A DNA stretch of 16,327 nucleotides from Conexivisphaerales archaeon (GTDB taxonomy: Archaea; Thermoproteota; Nitrososphaeria; Conexivisphaerales; DTJL01): contig JBEKZX010000033.1 of the NCBI GenBank assembly GCA_049509455.1, positions 1-16,327 of the forward strand, in the 5' to 3' direction. Each line of letters begins with the position of its first letter. Positions within the stretch are counted from its first letter, which is position 1. The notes beneath the pieces were generated by a model, which was not told the origin of the DNA, did no database searches, and saw only the letters and a program-made list of their open reading frames with translations. Of this stretch, positions 1 to 6,571 are shown piece after piece. A program made the position numbers and the translations under genes.

Positions 1-114
1 TCCGAGGGACTTCGCCAAGTCAGGGATCTTGCCGGCGCCGAAGATCAGGACGACCACGATGACGACCACTACCAGCCATTCCGAACCCTGCAACAGCAAC
101 GGTGCGAACAACAT
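1..114 (-). CDS. tatA: Twin-arginine translocase TatA/TatE subunit, N-terminal 38 codons (runs off the left edge of the window)
   Basis: Manual translation from ATG at 114: MLFAPLLLQGSEWLVVVVIVVVLIFGAGKIPDLAKSLG. This has the TatA pattern E(W) - TM helix - FG hinge - K-I-P-x-L-A-K-S-L-G amphipathic helix. A strong SD (GAGGAGGA, 121-128, minus strand) lies 6 nt upstream. Not in the ORF track. Confidence 0.92.
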   Translation of the reverse strand, partial: MLFAPLLLQGSEWLVVVVIVVVLIFGAGKIPDLAKSLG

Positions 115-278
115 TAGCTATCCTCCTCGCAGAGACGAGGCGGGAGATATAGGCTTTATGGATGTGGCGGAGCAACTCCTAAAAGCGAGCGCGGTCCACT
201 CCCTGAATTATGGCCACACGGACAAGCGCCCTGCCGGTCGATCAATCAGATTTCGTTCTTCGTGTTTTCCAATCGTAG

Positions 279-1007
279 CTGGGGGGAAGAGAGACGGCCA
301 AATCGGAACCATCGCTTGAGTTTAATTCTTCGCACCCGTATCTGTCGGAGTTCATCCTAGGGAGCCAGGACGGGCTTGTCGCCCTGCTAGGCGTCCTATT
401 GGGGGTTTCCGCGGCGACGAGCGATGTGAGGATAGTCTACGCTGCGGCTCTCGCAGCTCTTTGCGCCGAATCGATTTCGATGGGCGCTGCCGCCTACACT
501 TCTACTGAAGCCAGGCGTCGGCACTATATGAAGAAAGTCTCTCGGGAGCTGCTTGAGATGAAAGAGGTTCCCGCCTCTGAGCTTGAGGAGGTCCGAGATA
601 TCTTGAAAGGATGGGGTTACGAAGGCAAAGACATCGATGACGTGGCCGACCACATCGCGTCGAACCCTAAAGCGATGCTGGAAGTCATGATGTCCTTCGA
701 ACATAAGCTCGCTCCGGTCGACAAGGGCGCGGCCAGGCGCAGCTTCGCAGTCGTGCTGGCCTCCACTGTTTTCGGCTCGATCATACCGTTGATTCCGTTC
801 TTCTTCGTTACGGCAGCGACGATATCTTCCGGGGCGATCGCGTCAGCGATTCTTGGTGGGGCGGTGCTCTTTTTCATCGGTGCATACGAAGCGAAAACGA
901 CGGTGGGCTCTATATGGTGGAGCGGCTTAGAGATGACGTTAATCGGACTATCAGCCGGGTTCGTGGGCTACCTGATTGGACACCTCATTGGGGCCATTCC
1001 CGTATGA
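279..1007 (+). CDS. VIT1/CCC1-family iron/manganese transporter (start codon uncertain)
   Basis: The ORF-track frame (399..1007) stays open upstream to the TAG at 276-278 and encodes the family TM1 motif YLSEFILGSQDGLVALLGVLLGV. It continues with AESISMGAAAY, a Glu-rich cytoplasmic domain (ELLEMKEVPASELEEVRDIL) and three C-terminal TM helices. There is no ATG/GTG/TTG before 399; CTG at 279 is used here as a provisional start. Confidence 0.88.
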   Translation: MGGRETAKSEPSLEFNSSHPYLSEFILGSQDGLVALLGVLLGVSAATSDVRIVYAAALAALCAESISMGAAAYTSTEARRRHYMKKVSRELLEMKEVPASELEEVRDILKGWGYEGKDIDDVADHIASNPKAMLEVMMSFEHKLAPVDKGAARRSFAVVLASTVFGSIIPLIPFFFVTAATISSGAIASAILGGAVLFFIGAYEAKTTVGSIWWSGLEMTLIGLSAGFVGYLIGHLIGAIPV

Positions 1008-1300
1008 CCTCACAGGCATCTGGGACCAACTGACGGCCATGGAGACAGAGTTGGTTTCCTCCTTACGTGAGTCTGCCTGTCGTCACCTGAGGGGCCCGGG
1101 TGGACGTGTATCCGCTTCTAAGCGGGACTGACGTTTGGCCGGCTCAAAGTGGAACTACAAGGCATACTCTGATGTGAAGATATCATCTGATGCTTCGATG
1201 GGTAACGACACGGCAAGATATCACTTGAGACTTGAAGCGCACGCCAAGACTATCATGAGTGCGGGGATAAAGGTCCCACCGTTCCGGTCAGCCAAGCCCT

Positions 1301-1322
1301 GAACCAGAATCAAATCTGGTTC
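1301..1322. repeat. Perfect 8-bp inverted repeat GAACCAGA-N6-TCTGGTTC in the VIT1-znuA intergenic region
   Basis: Read directly from the sequence; function unknown. Confidence 0.6.
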
Positions 1323-1537
1323 TGGTCCTGCCGGCTACGCCTCAACAGTACGGGGCACACCTTTGGACAATTGATTCTTCGCGCCCAAGAGGTCGAGGCC
1401 GGCGCCGTCCGCAGAGAGTCCTGAAGCGCCCTAGACGCGATGAAGGGAGTGGGACCACAATCCGACGCGATGCTCCGTGCCTCTCCCGGGACAAATCGAT
1501 CCTGCTGGACATCAGCATCCATTCAGACTGCATCTGC

Positions 1538-1597
1538 TTTAATAACATACGTTGAAGTCAGGAGCCATCTTTAATAATGACTTAGTAATAGTTATTA
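1538..1597 (+). promoter_or_regulatory. AT-rich promoter/operator region of the znuACB operon
   Basis: TTTAATAAC (1538-1546) and TTTAATAAT (1570-1578) are TATA-like. An inverted repeat TAATAA-N14-TTATTA spans 1572-1597, with an inner TAATA-GT-TATTA (1586-1597), about 20 nt before the ATG. Confidence 0.55.
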
Positions 1598-1618
1598 GAA
1601 CGTCAGGACGAGTCGAGT

Positions 1619-2605
1619 ATGATGGGAGCAGAGGGCACAGGAGAAGCCAGGACCGGACGCCTGTGGGCGGTTATCGTCATCCTTTTGATAATGACCGCGA
1701 CGTTCGGAGCATACGTGTTAGTCTATACGAGAGGCTCGACGTCGTCCCCCGGCCCCAGTTCCAATACCCCCACGCTCAAGGTCCTGGCCTCCTTCTTCCC
1801 CCTCCAAGACTGGGCCCTGAACGTCGGAGGTGTCAAGGTCAGCGTTTCGCTCCTGGTTCCCGTAACAGAGGACATCCACGATTTCGAGCCGACCTCGGCA
1901 GCCATAGAGGCCATTGCGTCGGCGAACGTCCTCATACTGAACGGGGCAGGCCTGGAGCCTTGGGCGCAGCAGGCGATAGCCGCTGCCGACAATCCAAACC
2001 TTGTGGTGGTGGACTGCAGCCAGAACGTCACCCTCATAACGGTCCCGCCGCAGTTCCAGGTGGCCAATCGGGCCATCGACCCCCACATCTGGCTCGATCC
2101 GGTCGATGCGATGACCATGGTTCAGAACATATTGAAAGGGCTCATCAAGGCGGACTCCTCTGACGCGGCCTACTTCACGGCCAACGCCAACACATACGAC
2201 GCGAAGCTCGAATCGTTGGACCAGCAGTTCAAGAGCTTGGCCAGCTCGAACCTCGCTACGAGGGACTTCGTCACCTTCCACACGGCCTTCGGCTACCTGG
2301 CCCAGCAGTACAACTTGACGCAGATTCCGGTCTTCGGTCCCTTCGAAGAGGAGCCCACTGCTGCTGACATCACCAACGTCGTCAACGCGATAAACCAGAA
2401 CCACCTACTCTACGTCGGCTACGAATCGCTTGAGAACGCGGCCGTGCCCGAAGCGATAGCGAGCCAGACCAACGCCACGCTTGTCCCGATGAACCCGATA
2501 GAGGGTCTCACGCCCCAAGAGCAGGCGCAAGGGCAGACCTACCTGACCCTGATGGCGCAGAACCTGCTGGTCCTAACGTTGGCTCTGAACCACTTGGGAG
2601 GTTGA
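1619..2605 (+). CDS. znuA: Metal ABC transporter solute-binding protein, ZnuA/AdcA-type (cluster A-I), N-terminally membrane anchored
   Basis: Motifs DIHDFEP (H87), DPHIWLDP (H156), FHTAFGY (H221) and MNPIEG (E295) give a 3His+Glu site like AdcA. It has an N-terminal TM anchor, a Ser/Thr/Pro linker and N-x-T sequons (NVT, NLT, NAT). There is no His-rich loop. Confidence 0.9.
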   Translation: MMGAEGTGEARTGRLWAVIVILLIMTATFGAYVLVYTRGSTSSPGPSSNTPTLKVLASFFPLQDWALNVGGVKVSVSLLVPVTEDIHDFEPTSAAIEAIASANVLILNGAGLEPWAQQAIAAADNPNLVVVDCSQNVTLITVPPQFQVANRAIDPHIWLDPVDAMTMVQNILKGLIKADSSDAAYFTANANTYDAKLESLDQQFKSLASSNLATRDFVTFHTAFGYLAQQYNLTQIPVFGPFEEEPTAADITNVVNAINQNHLLYVGYESLENAAVPEAIASQTNATLVPMNPIEGLTPQEQAQGQTYLTLMAQNLLVLTLALNHLGG

Positions 2606-2631
2606 TTGGCTTGAAAGAGGGGAAGCCGGAA

Positions 2632-3450
2632 ATGGAAAGCGTAAAGTCCGCCGAATCGATTCATGACGGCGGACGGCAGAACTTGGCTCAGGGTTCCGCT
2701 CAGCCCGTCGTGGAACTCCATGACGTTCAGGTGACGTACCCAGGAGATATCGTCGCCCTCGAACACATCTCCCTGAAGGTACAAGCAGGCGACTTCCTCG
2801 GCCTCATCGGCCCGAACGGCGCCGGCAAGTCAACTCTCCTCAGCGTCATAGTTGGGCTCGTGAAGCCCACTGCAGGCTACGTCAAGCTTTTCGGAGCTCC
2901 CGTGTCGGCTGAGAGCCTCAGGAAGGTAGGGTTCGTGCCTCAGACGCCTCATACCAAGGACTGGAACTTCCCGGCGACAGTCTACGAGACCGTGCTCTTG
3001 GGGAGAGTTCCCCTCTCCAATCACTTTCCTTGGTTCGACGCGGAGGATCACGCCAAGGCGGCCCAGGCCCTGGAGCGCCTGGGCATCGGCGACCTCAGAC
3101 GAAGGAGCATCAACGAACTCTCAGGTGGACAGTTGCAGCGGGTGTTCACGGCGAAGGCCCTGGTTGGCGACCCCCAGTTGCTGATATTCGATGAGCCCAC
3201 CAGCGGGGTGGACGCTCATGCTAAGAGCGAGTTCTACTCCATACTTGAGCATCTGAACAAGGACCTTGGAATCACGACGATCCTCTCGCTGCATGATATC
3301 GGAGTGGTGACGAGGCTTGCGAAGACGATAGTCTGCGTCAACAGGACGCTGTACTTCGACGGGAAGACGAAGGACTTTGATGCGGGCTCGATACTATCCA
3401 GGGCTTACGGGTACCCCATAGAGGTCGTGGAGCATGGAGAGCATCCTTAG
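2632..3450 (+). CDS. znuC: Metal ABC transporter ATP-binding protein, ZnuC-type (alternative TTG starts at 2602 or 2611)
   Basis: Walker A GPNGAGKST, VGFVPQ Q-loop, signature LSGGQLQR, Walker B LLIFDEPT and H-loop LSLHD. It lies between the SBP and permease genes. Confidence 0.92.
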   Translation: MESVKSAESIHDGGRQNLAQGSAQPVVELHDVQVTYPGDIVALEHISLKVQAGDFLGLIGPNGAGKSTLLSVIVGLVKPTAGYVKLFGAPVSAESLRKVGFVPQTPHTKDWNFPATVYETVLLGRVPLSNHFPWFDAEDHAKAAQALERLGIGDLRRRSINELSGGQLQRVFTAKALVGDPQLLIFDEPTSGVDAHAKSEFYSILEHLNKDLGITTILSLHDIGVVTRLAKTIVCVNRTLYFDGKTKDFDAGSILSRAYGYPIEVVEHGEHP

Positions 3451-4297
3451 CTCCCTCCTCGGCTACCTGTCCGCCGGCTTTGTGCAGCGGGCGTTCATCA
3501 TAGGAATCGTGGTCGCCCTCCTCAGCTCGATGCTGAGCGTCTACATCGTACTCAAGAGGCTTTCGCTGATAGGGGATGGGCTGGCCCATACGGCCTATGG
3601 CGGCATAGCCATCGGCCTGGCGGTGGGCAGCCTCTTCCCGTCTCTCTCCGGCCTTAACCCGTACTGGATAGGAGGCGCGATAGTCGTCATGGGCTCGATC
3701 ATGATCACCAAGGTGATCCGTTCCCGGAGGCTGGCAGGAGACGCGGCCGTGGCGGTCTTCCTCGAGCTGGGCCTCGCTTCGGGGATATTCATCACGAGCG
3801 TCACCCTGAACTACGGGTTCGCCCTGAACAGCCTGCTCTTCGGGAGCATCCTGCTGGTGACATGGCAGCAGATCTACGCTGCCATCGTCGTGACCATCGC
3901 GGCCGCCGCCTTCCTCATCTTCTTCTACAAGGAGCTCCTCTACACCGTGTTCGACGAAGTGCAAGCTCAGGCGGCGGGCATCGTGACTTGGAAGTACGAT
4001 TACCTCCTCGCTGTGCTTGCGGGGATAGCCGTGGTCGTCTCGATCCCGATAGTCGGGATCCTCCTCATATCGGCGCTCCTGGTGCTGCCCGCCCTGTCGA
4101 GCATGCAGGTAGCCCGCTCCTTCAAGCAGACCATCTTCATCTCCCCGGTGTTCGGCGTGGCGGCGGTGGTCCTTGGGCTTCTCCTTTCGCTGCTGATGCC
4201 GAACGCAGCTCCGGGGGGCGCCATCGTCTTGGTAGCATTGGCGATGCTTCTGGTCGTGATGCTCCTCAAGAAGCTCGTAGTGTTTCTGTCTCAGTGA
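3434..4297 (+). CDS. znuB: Metal ABC transporter permease, ZnuB/ABC-3 family
   Basis: Polytopic hydrophobic protein with the ABC-3 motifs LKRLSLIGDGLAHTAYGG, LFGSILLV and VGILLISALLVLPA. Overlaps znuC by 17 nt. Confidence 0.92.
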   Translation: MESILSSLLGYLSAGFVQRAFIIGIVVALLSSMLSVYIVLKRLSLIGDGLAHTAYGGIAIGLAVGSLFPSLSGLNPYWIGGAIVVMGSIMITKVIRSRRLAGDAAVAVFLELGLASGIFITSVTLNYGFALNSLLFGSILLVTWQQIYAAIVVTIAAAAFLIFFYKELLYTVFDEVQAQAAGIVTWKYDYLLAVLAGIAVVVSIPIVGILLISALLVLPALSSMQVARSFKQTIFISPVFGVAAVVLGLLLSLLMPNAAPGGAIVLVALAMLLVVMLLKKLVVFLSQ

Positions 4298-4325
4298 TGA
4301 CTGAATAAGAAGCGCTTGCACGTGT

Positions 4326-4709
4326 TCAGATGATCAGAAGTCTCACGCTGCGTATGCCGTCCTCCTTTTGAAACTCCTTGGTCATGGAGGTCACGTAGGA
4401 GCCGGCTCCCTCCAAGAGGAAGAGCTCGACGCATCTCTTCTTGGCGGTCTTGTTGTGGATGTGGGTGCGCACGATGCCGTCGAACTTGTGCTTGATTCGC
4501 GTCACCGCCTCCTCGTCCTCCTCGTTGTGGGTGAGCACGACCACGGCGCTCACGTTGCCCGTTATGGAGCTCTTGTCCCTGACATCCTGAAGGAGCAGAC
4601 GGATGCCGGACCTAACGAGCTCGGACCGGCCGGTGAAGCCCAGCGACTTCTGGACTTCGTCCATCTCCTTTATCATCTGCTCTGGGAACGAAAGGCTAAC
4701 GATAGGCAC
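4326..4709 (-). CDS. NikR-family (ribbon-helix-helix + ACT-like) metalloregulator with a non-canonical metal site
   Basis: N-terminal RHH (MPIVSLSFPEQMIKEMDEVQKSLGFTGRSELVRSGIR) and C-terminal NikR-like domain (KHKFDGIVRTHIHNKTAKKRCVELF). GTG start; convergent with znuB. Confidence 0.88.
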   Translation of the reverse strand: MPIVSLSFPEQMIKEMDEVQKSLGFTGRSELVRSGIRLLLQDVRDKSSITGNVSAVVVLTHNEEDEEAVTRIKHKFDGIVRTHIHNKTAKKRCVELFLLEGAGSYVTSMTKEFQKEDGIRSVRLLII

Positions 4710-4719
4710 GACAGAACCA

Positions 4720-4762
4720 GTTATTAAAAGGGGTATATATTGTTATGTTGTTCTTAGTAACA
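4720..4762 (-). promoter_or_regulatory. Promoter/operator region of the NikR-like gene
   Basis: On the minus strand, ATATATAC (4733-4740) is about 28 nt upstream of the GTG, consistent with a leaderless transcript. TTTAATAAC (4720-4728) lies between the TATA and the start. An inverted repeat TGTTA-N12-TAACA spans 4741-4762. Confidence 0.5.
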
Positions 4763-5038
4763 TGCTAGCCGGCTCAGCAGGGCCAACAATGCGATGGCGA
4801 ACCGTCTTCCCGTCAGAAACCAAACGAATCAAATCAAAGCCAGGGGAAGCATCACACACATTGCATGTATGACGACGAAGACGTTGGCGGCAGCTCCAAA
4901 TTGAAGGACGTCCGAGATGAGGACCACGGCGCTAAGGATAATCAAGAGCTGATCGGAGATGCAAAGGCCTCCGGATTGGGTGCGTCCGCCAGCAACAGAA
5001 TCCCTGATCCTACCGGTTTCCGGCATCTGGGCCCCCAC
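4754..5038 (-). pseudogene. Possible small membrane protein interrupted by an in-frame TGA at 4829-4831 (or an intact 65-69 aa ORF ending at 4829)
   Basis: Translation ...ISDQLLIILSAVVLISDVLQFGAAANVFVVIHAMCVMLPLALI*FVWFLTGRRFAIALLALLSRLACY*. Codons in 4870-4950 (gtc, ctc, atc, gcc, ttc) resemble those of the real genes in the window. No family recognised. Confidence 0.3.
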
Positions 5039-5048
5039 TATCGAAGGG

Positions 5049-5258
5049 TCAAGGCTCCACTTGAGGGGTGCTTACCTGCAGGATACGAAGCGATGAGCCT
5101 CCATCGTTCGGCCGCCTGACGTGCTGCATGTCCTCCACCTCTTTGAAGCCCGAGGGGTGTTCCCGTTCAACCATCCCGACTGATATGTGCCTTGAGGGCG
5201 GTCCAGTGGCGCCGCTGGCTATAGGCTCCATGCGGTAGGCGGCCACAGCGCTTGGCAC
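5049..5258 (-). CDS. Hypothetical 69-aa protein, possibly translationally coupled to the ESCRT-III gene
   Basis: The GTG start overlaps the ESCRT-III TAG by 1 nt (TAGTG). Codon usage is plausible; no recognisable motif. Confidence 0.25.
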   Translation of the reverse strand: MPSAVAAYRMEPIASGATGPPSRHISVGMVEREHPSGFKEVEDMQHVRRPNDGGSSLRILQVSTPQVEP

Positions 5259-5899
5259 TACTGGCCGTATCCCTGTTCCTCGGTGTACTTGAAACGAGGG
5301 ACCTCGGGTAACTTGTCCTTCATCCTTTCTTCGGCTAGCCCTTCTGCTTCCCTCAGGATCCTTTCGGCGTCCTCGTTGGCAGCTTCGAAGTTGACGCCGG
5401 ATTCGCCTACGATCCCGGCATCGCTGATGACGCTACTGAGGAGATCGCCGACCTCAGATATCTCCCGCTCTGCCTCGGGGATGACTCCTTGAAGCCCTGG
5501 CCTTACGTTCTTCAAGATGACCTCGGCAGGTGCCAGTATGGTCACTACGTCGCCCAGATCCGTGGCCGTCTTCAGGCGCTGCAGGATGCCTTCGAAGGCT
5601 ACCTGCACCGATGAGATGAGCCTTTCGAGCTTCCTGAGCTCCACGAGCTCGTTGGCGTAGACGGCAGCGTGCTGACCGTCACGGGTTTGGATGTAGTGGA
5701 CCACTTTGGAGAAGATGACGGCGTCTCGGTCTCGCAGCTTGCTGCTGGTCGAGTCAAGCAAGGCTATGTAAGACTGGAGGCCCCTGCTGGCGGTCTCTAT
5801 CTTGGGTTTGAGCGGTCCGTCCGACCTGAAGAACCCGCTGAGCCTGTCCTTCAGGCCAGGCTCCTCCGAGGCTTTCCATTTCCTGCTGAACTCTGCCAA
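5258..5899 (-). CDS. cdvB: ESCRT-III / Snf7-family cell-division protein, thaumarchaeal CdvB-like
   Basis: From TTG at 5899: MAEFSRKW...GPLKPKIE...KLRDRDAVIFSKVV...ANELVELRK...RLKTATDLGDVV...IPEAERE...ERILREA...KLPEVP. This matches the pattern I recall for Nitrosopumilus/Nitrososphaera CdvB paralogues. The ORF-track extension to 5995 looks spurious. Which paralogue (CdvB, B1, B2 or B3) cannot be decided by eye. Confidence 0.85.
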   Translation of the reverse strand: MAEFSRKWKASEEPGLKDRLSGFFRSDGPLKPKIETASRGLQSYIALLDSTSSKLRDRDAVIFSKVVHYIQTRDGQHAAVYANELVELRKLERLISSVQVAFEGILQRLKTATDLGDVVTILAPAEVILKNVRPGLQGVIPEAEREISEVGDLLSSVISDAGIVGESGVNFEAANEDAERILREAEGLAEERMKDKLPEVPRFKYTEEQGYGQ

Positions 5900-6066
5900 C
5901 TCTACGGCACCTGGAACGTTTTCGATATCGTAGAGGCTTATTATGACTTGGGTAACCGGCAACGAGCGCTCAGCAGTGACTCCCTTGGAAGGCACTCTCT
6001 GCCAGCCTTAGAGGCACATCCGAAGCCGTCGCCTCCTAGGTTGAACCGTCGCCATGGGCTGATCCT

Positions 6067-6519
6067 TCAGTCGTAAGGGGAAGGGAGCGCGCCCAACTTC
6101 ACCCCGGCGAGAGCGTTCAGCCTGACGTCCTCGAAGTTCTGCTCCTTCGCCAACGCCATGGCGATATCTCTTGCTGCGATGATGCCCACTATGTCGTCCT
6201 CCTCCACAACGGGGAGATAACGTATCTTGTAAGTCGTCATCTGCTCGCAAGCTTCTTCGATGGAGGCGGTCGAAGCGACGGTGACCAGCGGAGTTGACAT
6301 GACTTCGGCGACGCGGATCTTCGAAGCGTCCACACCCTCGGCGACTATCTTCCGCACGATGTCCCTTTCGGTCACGATGCCCACTGGCCTCTCGTCGACG
6401 ACGGCGAGTATGCTGCCCACGTCGGCCCTACTCATCAGCTCTGCTGCCTCCCGGACGCTGCGTTCGATTGCTAGCGAAGTGACCTTCTTGACCATGATCT
6501 CCTTCACCTGAACGACCAT
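6067..6519 (-). CDS. Stand-alone tandem CBS-domain protein (alternative TTG start at 6525)
   Basis: Two CBS repeats: VKEIM...VGSILAV...PVGIVTERDIV and VAEVMSTPLVTV...IRYLPVVE...IVGIIAARDI. Confidence 0.9.
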   Translation of the reverse strand: MVVQVKEIMVKKVTSLAIERSVREAAELMSRADVGSILAVVDERPVGIVTERDIVRKIVAEGVDASKIRVAEVMSTPLVTVASTASIEEACEQMTTYKIRYLPVVEEDDIVGIIAARDIAMALAKEQNFEDVRLNALAGVKLGALPSPYD

Positions 6520-6549
6520 GCCCAATCGGGGATTCGTTCCCCGCGGAGG

Positions 6550-6558
6550 GCTATAAAC
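6550..6558 (-). promoter_or_regulatory. TATA-like element GTTTATAGC upstream of the CBS gene
   Basis: About 25-30 nt upstream of the starts at 6525/6519. The identical 9-mer lies upstream of nikR (8449-8457). Confidence 0.5.
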
Positions 6559-6571
6559 CCTTCAGCAAAGT

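Noticed and set aside
29-319. 96-aa plus-strand ORF
   Set aside because: Its Thr-rich start is the antisense shadow of the tatA Val/Ile codons; the rest is non-coding-like.
1008-1560. CRISPR array, tRNA or intact IS in the largest intergenic gap
   Set aside because: The repeats are 9-16 nt, degenerate and irregularly spaced; no cloverleaf, no terminal inverted repeats and no transposase ORF.
1552-2404. ORFs 1552..2163 (+), 1718..2404 (-) and 1723..2118 (-)
   Set aside because: Alternate-frame or antisense shadows of znuA, expected from high GC3; Arg/Gly/Pro-rich with no motifs.
3338-4321. 327-aa antisense ORF spanning znuB
   Set aside because: Its His/Asp/Glu/Gln-rich composition is the reverse complement of hydrophobic GTG/GTC/CTC/CTG codons; a typical shadow ORF of a membrane gene.
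4829-4831. TGA as selenocysteine or other recoding
   Set aside because: Not in a redox motif, no SECIS recognisable, and Sec is not expected in this lineage; a TGG-to-TGA change or a true stop is simpler.
4865-5119. 84-aa plus-strand ORF
   Set aside because: The Asp/Glu-rich start mirrors the minus-strand hydrophobic codons; no SD or motif.
5900-5995. N-terminal extension of the ESCRT-III ORF in the track
   Set aside because: Family similarity begins at TTG 5899, and the extension covers an AT-rich promoter-like stretch (about 5935-5945).
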